Below, one piece after another: positions 1 to 8,853 of a stretch of 64,000 bases of DNA (within the stretch, counting starts at the first letter, position 1; each line of letters opens with the position of its first letter). Location: assembly GCA_002898295.1 (NCBI GenBank), contig BEHX01000001.1, forward strand, positions 115,790 to 179,789, given 5' to 3'. This DNA is from a bacterium HR21 (GTDB lineage Bacteria; Bacteroidota; Ignavibacteria; Kapaibacteriales; HRBIN21). The translations under genes and the position numbers were made by a program. Under the pieces are notes generated by a model. The model had not been told where the DNA came from, did no database searches, and saw nothing but the letters and a program-made list of their open reading frames with translations.

Positions 1-948
1 TTTATGACCCGCCACGGGATTCCTACGGCACGCTCTCGGGTCTTCACCGCGGAGGAATGGCGGGAAGCAGTGCGCTACCTCGAAGAGCACCCCTTGCCTG
101 TTGTGCTCAAAGCCAGCGGACTAGCAGCGGGGAAAGGGGTAACGATCGCATGGACACGTGAGGAAGCTCTCCAGGCATTGACGGCACTGTTTGAAGGGGC
201 TTTCGGCGAAGCGGGGAAAGTCGTGGTTGTCGAAGAGTACCTTGCCGGCGAGGAGCTCTCGGTGCTGGCTCTCTGCGATGGCAATCAGTACGTTCTGCTG
301 GCACCTGCCCGGGATTACAAGCGGGCGCTCGACGGGGACCGTGGGAAAAATACCGGTGGCATGGGGGCGTATGCTCCCGTTCCATGGGCAAGGGGAGCGT
401 TCCTGGAACGGGTTGAGCAACGGATTCTGCGTCCAACTCTTGCGGGCATGCGGGCAGCGGGGACACCCTTCGTGGGCTGTCTCTACGTTGGACTCATGGT
501 GGTGCAGGGAGAGCCATACGTGCTGGAATTCAACGTGCGTTTCGGAGATCCGGAAGCGCAAGTTGTCCTGCCGATTGCCGATGCCGATTGGCTCACGCTG
601 CTGGGGACAGCAGCACAGGGACGTCTGGCGCGGAGTGCCCTGCGGCACAGAGCGCGGCAAGTTGCCTGCTGTGTGGTGCTCGCCTCTGAAGGGTATCCCG
701 AGCAATACCGGACGGGATTCCGGATTACGGGGCTGGAGGCAGCGCAGCAGCACGGTGTGCTGATTTTCCACGCGGGCACTCGTTGGGAACAGGGAGCTCT
801 CTGGACCGCTGGCGGGCGGGTCCTCAATGTGGTGAGCCTCGCGCCGACTCTGGAGGAAGCACGGCGCCGCTGCTATGCAGCCCTTGAGTGCATCCAGTTC
901 GAGGGGAAGACCTACCGACGAGATATTGCGGCGGGCGTGGAGCCATGA
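1..948 (+). CDS. purD: phosphoribosylamine--glycine ligase (GAR synthetase), C-terminal part; 5' end lies outside the window
   Basis: ORF 4..948 translates to an ATP-grasp PurD C-terminal region (VLKASGLAAGKGV, PVVLKA, FNVRFGDPE). There is no start codon in the window because the frame runs from nt 1. Confidence 0.85.
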   Translation, partial: FMTRHGIPTARSRVFTAEEWREAVRYLEEHPLPVVLKASGLAAGKGVTIAWTREEALQALTALFEGAFGEAGKVVVVEEYLAGEELSVLALCDGNQYVLLAPARDYKRALDGDRGKNTGGMGAYAPVPWARGAFLERVEQRILRPTLAGMRAAGTPFVGCLYVGLMVVQGEPYVLEFNVRFGDPEAQVVLPIADADWLTLLGTAAQGRLARSALRHRARQVACCVVLASEGYPEQYRTGFRITGLEAAQQHGVLIFHAGTRWEQGALWTAGGRVLNVVSLAPTLEEARRRCYAALECIQFEGKTYRRDIAAGVEP

Positions 949-1874
949 GAATTGCCCTCACCGGTGGTGCTGGCTTCATCGGCTCGCACGTTGCAGAAGC
1001 CTATCTCCGGGCGGGGCACGAGGTGCTCATCGTTGATAATCTCTCGACCGGACAGCGGGCAAACGTGCCCGAAGGAGCTGAGCTGGTGCGCATGGACGTC
1101 ACTGACCCAGGACTTGTAGAGCTTTTCACCGAACGGCGTATTGAGGTTGTCAATCACCATGCAGCACAGGTCTCTGTCAGTGTGTCCGTCGCAGACCCGC
1201 TGCGGGATGCTCGGGACAATGTGCTCGGAAGCCTCAATGTCTATGAAGCCGCGCGCCGTAGTGGGGTTCGGCGCATTATCTTGGCTTCCTCCGGTGGGAC
1301 GGTCTACGGGGAGGTTACTGATGGTCCGGCAACAGAGGAGTCTCCCGTGCAACCATTTTCCCCGTATGGAGCGGCGAAAGTTGCCGCCGAGCAGTACTTG
1401 CTCGCTTATAGCCGGCTCTACGGGATTGAGGCGGTGGTGCTGCGCTACACGAACGTCTACGGTCCTCGGCAAAATCCAGTGGCTGAGGCGGGGGTGGTGG
1501 CAATCTTTGCCTCCTGCCTTCTGCGGGGGCAGCAACCGACGGTGTACGGCGATGGGGAGCAAACGCGCGATTACGTCTACGTTGAAGATGTGGCAGAGGC
1601 CAATGTGCTCGCACTCCAGCCGCATGCTCGGGGGATTTACAACTGCTGCACTGGCAGGGAGACCAGTGTCAATGCACTGCTGAGGATGCTGCAGGAGCTC
1701 CTCGGGAGTGTCCAGCCTCCGCGGTTTGCTCCGCTGCGTCCGGGGGAAATTCGGCGCAGTGTCTGTTCGTACGCTCGCATTGCGCGGGAGTTAGGATGGT
1801 TCCCCCGCACGCCGTTGCCGGAGGGATTGCAGCGGACTGTGAAGGCGTTTCGGAGCCTTCAATGCTGCAGCTAA
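945..1874 (+). CDS. NAD-dependent epimerase/dehydratase (UDP-glucose 4-epimerase-like)
   Basis: MRIALTGGAGFIGSH Rossmann motif and the SPYGAAK catalytic YxxxK motif. The ATG at 945 overlaps the purD stop (ATGA). Confidence 0.8.
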   Translation: MRIALTGGAGFIGSHVAEAYLRAGHEVLIVDNLSTGQRANVPEGAELVRMDVTDPGLVELFTERRIEVVNHHAAQVSVSVSVADPLRDARDNVLGSLNVYEAARRSGVRRIILASSGGTVYGEVTDGPATEESPVQPFSPYGAAKVAAEQYLLAYSRLYGIEAVVLRYTNVYGPRQNPVAEAGVVAIFASCLLRGQQPTVYGDGEQTRDYVYVEDVAEANVLALQPHARGIYNCCTGRETSVNALLRMLQELLGSVQPPRFAPLRPGEIRRSVCSYARIARELGWFPRTPLPEGLQRTVKAFRSLQCCS

Positions 1875-3277
1875 CGCTGGAGGACTGGGGCGTTGTGCTG
1901 GCTTACGTGCTGGCTCTCCTCGGGGTGGGCTTTGGGGTCGCTCCGCGGTGGCTCAAGGGGAAGGAGACCGAAGCGGAAGGATATCTCCTGGCTGGTCGGC
2001 GCCTGACGTTGCCATTTCTGGTGGCAACTCTGGTGGCAACCTGGTATGGTGCCATCCTCGGGGTTGGAGAGTTTGTCTACCGCTACGGGGTGGTGAGCTG
2101 GCTCTGTGTCGGGGTGCCGTACTACATCGTGGCGCTCCTGTTTGCCGTCTTCCTTGCTGGGCGGATCCGGCAGGAGCAGACCCGGACGATCCCGGAGCAG
2201 ATGCGGCTCTTCTATGGACAGAGGGCCGGGCGAATTGCTGCTGCCGTGATGTTGGTGGTGACTATCCCAGCCTCGTATGTGCTCATGTTCGCAGTGCTGC
2301 TGCGTGCTCTCACTGGGTGGTCGCTCGAGGCGGCAATTGTGCTCGGGGTGGTGTTTTCGGTGGCATACCTCTACACTGGGGGATTTCGGGCAGATGTGCT
2401 CACGAACGCGCTGCAGTTCGTGTTCATGTATGCTGGCTTTGCTGCGCTGACGTACTTCAGTATCGAGCGTTTCGGGGGCTTGCCGCAGATGTGGCAGGCA
2501 TTGCCGCCGGAGCACCGCGAAGTCCCGGGCGCGCTGGGCTGGGGAGCCGTCGCTGTATGGTTCGTGATTGCTTTGCAGACGTTCGTGGACCCGAGCTTCT
2601 ACCAGCGCTGTGCGGCAGCACGCTCACCGGCAACGGCTCGCCTTGGAGTTGCGGTGTCGGTCCTCTTCTGGCTGCTCTTCGACGCAATGACCATCTTGAC
2701 GGGCTTGTATGCCCGGGCATTTGTCCCGGCAGAGCCGCTCGATGCCTATCCGGCGCTGGCGCAGGCAGTGTTGCCAGGAGGCTGGAAAGGGATGTTCGTG
2801 GCAGCACTCTTCGCCACGGTGATGTCCACTCTGGAGAGCTACGCTTTCTTGAGCGCTGCCACGGTGGGCTACGATATTCTGGGGAGCTTTCCGGGGATAG
2901 CACGGCGGTTTTCCGTGCGCCGGCGTACGCAACTGGGCTTGCTCGGGACACTGTCTGTGGCGGCTGTCTTGGCGTGGGCGCTGCCTTCGGCGGTCGAGCT
3001 CATCGTGCGAACAGCTTCCATTGCGGTTCCGGCGCTTCTATTCCCTTTCCTGTTCGGCTACTTTGGCAAGCGTCGACTGCCGGCACGGCGGGCGGAAGCA
3101 GTCATGCTGCTGACAGCAGCTTCCAGCGCGCTGTGGATGGGTATCCGGGAAGGGGGAATCCTGCCGGAAGCACTGCGCTGGGTGGAGCCGGCGTTTGTCG
3201 GTATTGTGGTTGGAATGTGGGGCAGTCTGTTTTGGAGCCAACGGCGTCATGCGGCAGTGGGCGTGGACAGTTTCTAA
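1862..3277 (+). CDS. sodium:solute symporter family transporter
   Basis: About 470 aa, polytopic and hydrophobic, with SSS-type N-terminus (LAGRRLTLPFLVATLVATWYGA). Start chosen at MLQLTLEDW. The longer upstream reading overlaps the epimerase. Confidence 0.7.
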   Translation: MLQLTLEDWGVVLAYVLALLGVGFGVAPRWLKGKETEAEGYLLAGRRLTLPFLVATLVATWYGAILGVGEFVYRYGVVSWLCVGVPYYIVALLFAVFLAGRIRQEQTRTIPEQMRLFYGQRAGRIAAAVMLVVTIPASYVLMFAVLLRALTGWSLEAAIVLGVVFSVAYLYTGGFRADVLTNALQFVFMYAGFAALTYFSIERFGGLPQMWQALPPEHREVPGALGWGAVAVWFVIALQTFVDPSFYQRCAAARSPATARLGVAVSVLFWLLFDAMTILTGLYARAFVPAEPLDAYPALAQAVLPGGWKGMFVAALFATVMSTLESYAFLSAATVGYDILGSFPGIARRFSVRRRTQLGLLGTLSVAAVLAWALPSAVELIVRTASIAVPALLFPFLFGYFGKRRLPARRAEAVMLLTAASSALWMGIREGGILPEALRWVEPAFVGIVVGMWGSLFWSQRRHAAVGVDSF

Positions 3278-3815
3278 TACGCTGAGCCTTTTCCGGCTTG
3301 TGCTGGGTATTCCATTGGCATGGGCAATCCTCCAGGAAGCAACGGGCTGGGTCATCGTGCTCGGGCTTGCCGCCTTTATTTCCGACGTACTCGATGGTGC
3401 CCTCGCACGGCAGCACCAGGCAGTGACGGAGCTGGGAAAGATTCTGGACCCGGTTGCCGATAAACTTGTTGCCGGCGTGGCAGCACTGTTGCTGGTTGCG
3501 CAGCAGAAGTTGCCGATCTACTTTGCCGTGCTCGTCATCGGGCGGGATCTGCTGCTCCTGCTCGGAGGATGGCTGGCGTGGCGATGGAGCGGTTCAGTGC
3601 TGCCGGCGCTTCCACCGGGCAAGTGGACGGCAATGGCGATTGCTGGCACACTGGTTGCGGCGTATCTGCGCTGGGAAGATTGGCTGGCGGTGGGAATTGC
3701 CCTGAGCATCGTTGGCATGATCTCCTCAACCGGGGTCTACCTACGACGGTGGTGGGAGGTCCTCCGACGGCGCCGGGATAACGGTGCCAGCTCTCGGCAG
3801 GTGCGCGCGCTGTGA
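3249..3815 (+). CDS. CDP-alcohol phosphatidyltransferase (PgsA-like)
   Basis: D-x2-DG-x2-AR ... G-x3-D-x3-D motif (DVLDGALAR ... LDPVADK) and an N-terminal NTLSLFRLVLGIPL segment typical of PgsA. Overlaps the symporter 3' end. Confidence 0.75.
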   Translation: MRQWAWTVSNTLSLFRLVLGIPLAWAILQEATGWVIVLGLAAFISDVLDGALARQHQAVTELGKILDPVADKLVAGVAALLLVAQQKLPIYFAVLVIGRDLLLLLGGWLAWRWSGSVLPALPPGKWTAMAIAGTLVAAYLRWEDWLAVGIALSIVGMISSTGVYLRRWWEVLRRRRDNGASSRQVRAL

Positions 3816-3901
3816 CGAGCCCCAGGGGTAGCTGTGGGTAACGGTGGCGGTGGAAGCGGTATTTTGCAGCGTGGTTTGTGCCCATCGCAGGGGAATCTAC
3901 C

Positions 3902-5392
3902 ATGCAGCGGCGGGAATTCCTCTCAGCACTGGTGGAGCCTGTGCGGCAGGGGATCGGGGCACTGGAACGGGTGCTGGCAGGGCGTCCGATCCGGGTCAGC
4001 GCAGGGCTGGAACCCTATGTGCCATCTGCGGAAGTCCCGTGGGATGAGCGGAGTGCGGGACATCTGCTTCGGCGTGCCGGATTCCAGTGTACGAAGGCAG
4101 AGCTCGACTGGGCACTTGCCCGTTCACCGCAGGAGGTCGTGGAAGCACTCCTGGAGGAGCTTCCCTTGCCGGAGCCACCTGGACAATGGGTGAGCGAAGA
4201 ACCCCGGCGCCCGCCCGATGCAACGCTGGATGCCCAGCGCATGGCAGAGCTGCAGCGGTGGTGGTTCCGCCTCATGATGCAGACCGGGCGCTCACTGCGG
4301 GAGAAGATGGTGTTCTTCTGGCACAACCACTTCACGACGGACCGTGAGAAGGTGCGTACCCCACAGTACCACTACATCCAGCACACCACCTTCCGCCGGA
4401 TGGTCTGGGGGAACATCCGGGCGTTGACTCGGGCAATGGTTTTGGATCCCGCAATGCTGATTTACTTGGACAACAACGAGAACATGGTCGGGGCACCCAA
4501 TGAGAACTTTGCCCGAGAGCTGCTGGAGCTCTTCACCCTGGGGGTGGGGAATTACACCGAGTGGGACGTTGTCGCGGCGACTCGGGCGTTGACTGGCTGG
4601 CGTGTGGTTGGGCTGCGCTCGGTGTTTGTCCCACAGCGCTTCGATGACGGGGTCAAAACGTTCCTGGGGCAGACCGGGCGCTGGGGCACCGACGACGTCA
4701 TCCGCATCATCTTCGAGCAGCCTGCCTGTGCCCGGTTCTTCGCCCGCAAACTCTACCGCTTCTTCGTCTACGCCGTGCCCGATGAGCGGATTGTCGAGCA
4801 ATTGGCGCAGCTCCTGGTTGCGCACGACTTCGAACTGAAGCCCGTGTTGCGCATTCTGCTGAGCAGTGCGCACTTCTTCGACCCGCAGTTCTACGGAGCA
4901 CAGATCAAGTCACCCCTGGACTTCATGGTGGGGCTCTTCCGGCAATTCGGGATAGACCATCCGGAAGCCCCCGGCTACGGAGTCCGGGCAGCAGCGGCGT
5001 TGGAATTGGAAGTGCTCAATCCGCCGACGGTGGAAGGCTGGAAGGGGCATCGGCTGTGGATAACGAGCATGACGCTGCCACTCCGGCAGCGTATTGCGGA
5101 AGCCCTCATCGAGGGGCAGAGCGTCAACGGTGGCACGCTCCCCCTCCGGGTCGACGTTCTACAGTTTGCCCGCCAGTTTGTCTCGCACAACCAGGCGCGG
5201 CAGTTCGTACGGGATGTGGCACGCTTCCTTCTTGCCTTCCCGCTCTCAGCTGAGCAGGAGGAGGGGCTTTTGCAGGAGCTGCTGCAGGGGGCAGCCGAGT
5301 ACGAGTGGAGCCTGGATGCCCCAAATGCCGACGCCCGCCTTCGGTTGCTGCTGAAAGCAATTGTGCGCTTGCCTGAGTACCAGCTGACGTAG
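3902..5392 (+). CDS. DUF1800 family protein with a twin-arginine-like signal
   Basis: MQRREFLSAL RR-motif N-terminus. Size and architecture match DUF1800 proteins that pair with DUF1501, which is encoded immediately downstream. Confidence 0.6.
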   Translation: MQRREFLSALVEPVRQGIGALERVLAGRPIRVSAGLEPYVPSAEVPWDERSAGHLLRRAGFQCTKAELDWALARSPQEVVEALLEELPLPEPPGQWVSEEPRRPPDATLDAQRMAELQRWWFRLMMQTGRSLREKMVFFWHNHFTTDREKVRTPQYHYIQHTTFRRMVWGNIRALTRAMVLDPAMLIYLDNNENMVGAPNENFARELLELFTLGVGNYTEWDVVAATRALTGWRVVGLRSVFVPQRFDDGVKTFLGQTGRWGTDDVIRIIFEQPACARFFARKLYRFFVYAVPDERIVEQLAQLLVAHDFELKPVLRILLSSAHFFDPQFYGAQIKSPLDFMVGLFRQFGIDHPEAPGYGVRAAAALELEVLNPPTVEGWKGHRLWITSMTLPLRQRIAEALIEGQSVNGGTLPLRVDVLQFARQFVSHNQARQFVRDVARFLLAFPLSAEQEEGLLQELLQGAAEYEWSLDAPNADARLRLLLKAIVRLPEYQLT

Positions 5393-5414
5393 CAGCAAGC
5401 AGAGGGAGACGACC

Positions 5415-6977
5415 ATGGAACGCCGAGACTTCCTCAAACAGTCGCTCCGGGCAGGACTCCTCCTGTCGGCTCTTCCCGCGCTGGGACGCTTCCCTGTGCA
5501 AGCCCTGGCTGCCTCGCCAGCGGTGGAGCGCCTGCGCCGGCTTGTATCGCAGGGTGACCGCATCTTCGTCCTCATCCAGCTTCAGGGCGGCAACGACGGG
5601 CTCAATACCCTGGTGCCGGTTGAAAATCCGCTCTACTACCGAGCGCGCCCGACCCTTGCAATCCCGAAAGCGCAAACTCTCCCCCTGACCGATACCCTGG
5701 GATGGCATCCGGCACTGGAAGGATTCAGAGAGCTCTACGACCGCGGCGAGCTGGCGATTGTCCAGGGGGTGACGTATCCCAACCCTGACCGCTCGCACTT
5801 CCGGGGAACCGACATCTGGGTGACGGCAACCGACGCCAATGTCTTCCTGGGCACAGGCTGGATGGGGCGTTACTTCGATACCCTCCTGGAGGAGCTCCCG
5901 CCGGGGGAGATTCCGCCCGAGCCGCTGGCGGTGCGGATCGGTGGAGCATCCTCGTTGATCCTGCAGAGCGAGCGTGGTCCGATCGGGATCAGCTTTACGA
6001 ACCCTCGTGAGTTCTACCGCCTTGTCTCTCAGGGCAGCAGCTTCGACAACTCTTCCGTTCCCGATACACCAGCCGGTGAGGAGTTGCTCTTCGTGCGTTC
6101 CGTTGCCCAGGCTGCGCAACGCTATGCCCAGAATGTCCGGCAGGCTGCCGAGCGGGGGACAAATCGGGTGGCATATCCCGAGACCGACCTTGGGCAGAAG
6201 CTCCGCATCGTGGCACAGCTCATCAGCGGTGGACTTGGGGCAAAACTCTACGTTGTCGGCATTGAGCGTAATGCCTTCGATACCCACGCCTATCAGGGCG
6301 GGATCACAGGTGTTCACGCCTCGCTCCTCCGGGAGCTGGGCGATGCGGTGAAAGCCTTCGTGGATGACCTCAAAGCGCTTGGGGTTGCAGACCGCGTTGC
6401 TGGTATGACCTTCTCGGAGTTTGGACGCCGAGTCCAGGAGAATGTGACGGCGGGCACTGACCACGGCACAGCAGCGCCGCTGTTTGTTTTCGGAACACAG
6501 GTACTCGGAGGGCGCCTCCATGGGCATGACCCTGACTTGGCAAATCTGGACGACCGGGGCGATTTGCTGATGCAGTATGACTACCGCCAGGTCTACGCTG
6601 CAGCACTCCTCCAATGGTTCGGAGCACCGCAGACCACAGCGCAACGAGTGCTGCTGCGGGAGTTTTCGCCACTGCCCCTCTTCCAGCCGGCAAGCAGCGT
6701 GGAGGAGTGGCAAAGCACGGAATTGGCACTGGAGGCATTCCCGAATCCTGCGTCTCACCAGGTCATCATCTCGTTCCGCTTACCGGAGAGCGCTGCCGTT
6801 GAGCTCCTCGTACTCGATCTGGCCGGACGCGTCGTGCGGCATGTCCTCAGCGGCGATTATGCCCCGGGTCCGTATCGAGTGCAGGTCCGGGTGTCAGACC
6901 TTGCCCCCGGCGTCTACCTCTACCGCCTGCGGGTTGGACGCCGGACAGCCATCCGTGCCCTCCAGGTGGTTCGATAA
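5415..6977 (+). CDS. DUF1501 (sulfatase/alkaline-phosphatase-like) protein with TAT signal and T9SS C-terminal sorting domain
   Basis: MERRDFLKQSLRAGLLLSALP TAT-type leader. The C-terminal ~80 aa (FPNPASHQVIISFRL...GVYLYRLRVGRRTAIRALQVVR) looks like a Por_Secre_tail domain. Confidence 0.65.
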   Translation: MERRDFLKQSLRAGLLLSALPALGRFPVQALAASPAVERLRRLVSQGDRIFVLIQLQGGNDGLNTLVPVENPLYYRARPTLAIPKAQTLPLTDTLGWHPALEGFRELYDRGELAIVQGVTYPNPDRSHFRGTDIWVTATDANVFLGTGWMGRYFDTLLEELPPGEIPPEPLAVRIGGASSLILQSERGPIGISFTNPREFYRLVSQGSSFDNSSVPDTPAGEELLFVRSVAQAAQRYAQNVRQAAERGTNRVAYPETDLGQKLRIVAQLISGGLGAKLYVVGIERNAFDTHAYQGGITGVHASLLRELGDAVKAFVDDLKALGVADRVAGMTFSEFGRRVQENVTAGTDHGTAAPLFVFGTQVLGGRLHGHDPDLANLDDRGDLLMQYDYRQVYAAALLQWFGAPQTTAQRVLLREFSPLPLFQPASSVEEWQSTELALEAFPNPASHQVIISFRLPESAAVELLVLDLAGRVVRHVLSGDYAPGPYRVQVRVSDLAPGVYLYRLRVGRRTAIRALQVVR

Positions 6978-6981
6978 GGAC

Positions 6982-7629
6982 TTAGGCTGCTTCCTCCAAG
7001 AGCGGGTAGACCTCCAGGGCGCGTTCCAGTCCTGCTCCTCGCCGGAGGATGCGGAATGGCTCGCGGGTGAGGTCAATGATGGTGGAAGGACCGACGAAGG
7101 CAGGGGTGTCCGTTTCGACGATGATATCCACCTGCGAGGAATAGCGCTCCAGGAGGTCCTCAAGGGGGAGCACCTCCTCTTCATCGCTGAGGGCGCTAAT
7201 GGAGACCAGCGGGGAACCGAACGTGCGCAGCAGTGCCAGGCAGACGGGGAAATCCGGTACTCGGATGCCGGCAGTTTTCCGCTTGAGGTCTTGAGCATAG
7301 TATGGCACTGCTCGCGTTGCGGGCAAGATGAAGGTATACGGGCCCGGCACCAAGCGCTTCAGGAGCCGATAGGCAGCGTTCGAGACGTAGGCGAAGTCTG
7401 CCAGGTGCTTGAGCGAATCGCACAGGAAGGTCAGAGGTTTTCCAGCAGGGAGGCGGCGGATGAGGCGCAGACGGTCAATTGCGAGCTTATTCCCCAGCTG
7501 GCATCCCAGAGCGAAGCCCGTATCAGTCGGGTAGAGAATGAGCGCCCCCTGGCGGAGGGCTTCGGCGATCCGCTCTAGCTTGTGACGCTCAGGGGTGACA
7601 GGATGGAGATGGAGGCGAAGTGCCTTCAT
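6982..7629 (-). CDS. tsaC: L-threonylcarbamoyladenylate synthase (YrdC/TsaC type)
   Basis: YPTDTGFALGC motif; 215 aa, which is YrdC size rather than Sua5 size. Confidence 0.8.
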   Translation of the reverse strand: MKALRLHLHPVTPERHKLERIAEALRQGALILYPTDTGFALGCQLGNKLAIDRLRLIRRLPAGKPLTFLCDSLKHLADFAYVSNAAYRLLKRLVPGPYTFILPATRAVPYYAQDLKRKTAGIRVPDFPVCLALLRTFGSPLVSISALSDEEEVLPLEDLLERYSSQVDIIVETDTPAFVGPSTIIDLTREPFRILRRGAGLERALEVYPLLEEAA

Positions 7630-7638
7630 TGCAGGACA

Positions 7639-8853
7639 CTACTGCTGGGAAACTGCAGCTGAAGTCGCTACCTGGAGAGGGAAACGGACGCAGACCGTGG
7701 TGCCCTTGCCGGGTCCATCGGACGAGATGGAGAGCTCTGCCCCGTGGAGTCGAGCGATGGTGCGGATGATCTGCAGCCCAAGTCCAGTCGACCCCTCGCC
7801 TCCGGTCGGTCTGGTAGATGGACGCCCGATGCCGGAGAGCGCCGCGGCGATATCCTCGGCTGTCATGCCGACGCCGGTGTCGGAGACCGACAGTTCGAGG
7901 GCATCTTCCCGCACGGTAAGGGACAAGGTGACATCCCCGCCCGGGGGCGTGTATTTGAGCGCATTTTCCACAATGTTGGCGATCAAGCGTTCCAGCAGTG
8001 CGGGATCGCCGGACAGAGGGGGCGCTTTGGGATCGAGCCGAACGTGGAGCTTGATGGTTTTCGAGCGGGCAAGTCTGTCGAAGCGCTGGATCACACGGGA
8101 GGCAAGCTGCCGGAGGTCCACGGTTTCTCGGCGTATGGGCAGAGTATTGCTCTCGAGCGTGAGGACCAGGAGCATGTCCGAGGCAAGCTGCTGCAAGGTC
8201 TGAATGAGATCCTCGCCAACCGTGAGCAGTTCCTGCAAATGATCGGCAGCGCCTGCCAGGGCATGGGTGAGTTCGCCCCAGAGCATTTGCAGGTTGGCAA
8301 GCGGGGCTTTGAGGTCGTGCAGCAGGAAGCGGAGCATCTGCTCGCGGAGAGCCATCAGGTGCTGGAGTTCCGCGTGTGCTTGCTGGAGCGTCCGTGTCCG
8401 TTCAGCGACACGTTCTTCCAGCTGGCGGTAGTAGTCCTGCAGCTGTGCCTGCAGCTCGCGGTGGGAGCGGCGAAGCAGAAGGGTATACCAGAGCTGCTGG
8501 AGCAGGAGCTGGAGCTGGGGCAGTTCAACGGGCTTGGCAATGTAGTATGCGATACCGAGCGTGTTGATTGCCTCCTGCAGGACGTCTGGCTCGGTATATG
8601 CCGTGATCAGCACGCGAGCCGTCTCCGGGCAGTTTTCCCGGGCAAAGCGGAGCAGGGAGAGTCCATCACCGTCGGGGAGACGTTGGTCGACTACCACAAT
8701 GTCGGGGCAGCGTTGCTGCAGGAGCCGAAGCCCTTCGGTTGCAGTGGTGGCAACCACTACCTCTGCCCAGCTTTCGAGATAGGTGGCAACGGCGGTGCCG
8801 AAATCGAGCTCGTCATCGACCAGGAGGATGTGGGCACGCTCCGATGCCGTCAT
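7639..8853 (-). CDS. hybrid response-regulator/histidine kinase (REC-HisKA-HATPase) without a sensor or TM domain
   Basis: N-terminal REC domain (ILLVDDE...D...K); H-box LLHDLKAPL; HATPase N and G boxes (ENALKYT, DTGVGM, GLGLQI). Start at the MTASERAHILLVDDE Met. The ORF track's longer reading would run through the upstream permease. Confidence 0.8.
   Translation of the reverse strand: MTASERAHILLVDDELDFGTAVATYLESWAEVVVATTATEGLRLLQQRCPDIVVVDQRLPDGDGLSLLRFARENCPETARVLITAYTEPDVLQEAINTLGIAYYIAKPVELPQLQLLLQQLWYTLLLRRSHRELQAQLQDYYRQLEERVAERTRTLQQAHAELQHLMALREQMLRFLLHDLKAPLANLQMLWGELTHALAGAADHLQELLTVGEDLIQTLQQLASDMLLVLTLESNTLPIRRETVDLRQLASRVIQRFDRLARSKTIKLHVRLDPKAPPLSGDPALLERLIANIVENALKYTPPGGDVTLSLTVREDALELSVSDTGVGMTAEDIAAALSGIGRPSTRPTGGEGSTGLGLQIIRTIARLHGAELSISSDGPGKGTTVCVRFPLQVATSAAVSQQ

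Noticed and set aside
5124-6758. 544-aa minus-strand ORF antisense to the DUF1501 gene
   Set aside because: It is a frame shadow typical of a 65% GC genome: an Arg/Pro/Ala/Gly-rich translation with no recognisable domain, fully embedded in a well-supported plus-strand gene. The same reasoning applies to the long antisense ORFs at 12971..13771, 13684..14649, 16257..17186, 18243..19508, 21960..23063, 42135..44240, 48094..49098 and 49973..51277.
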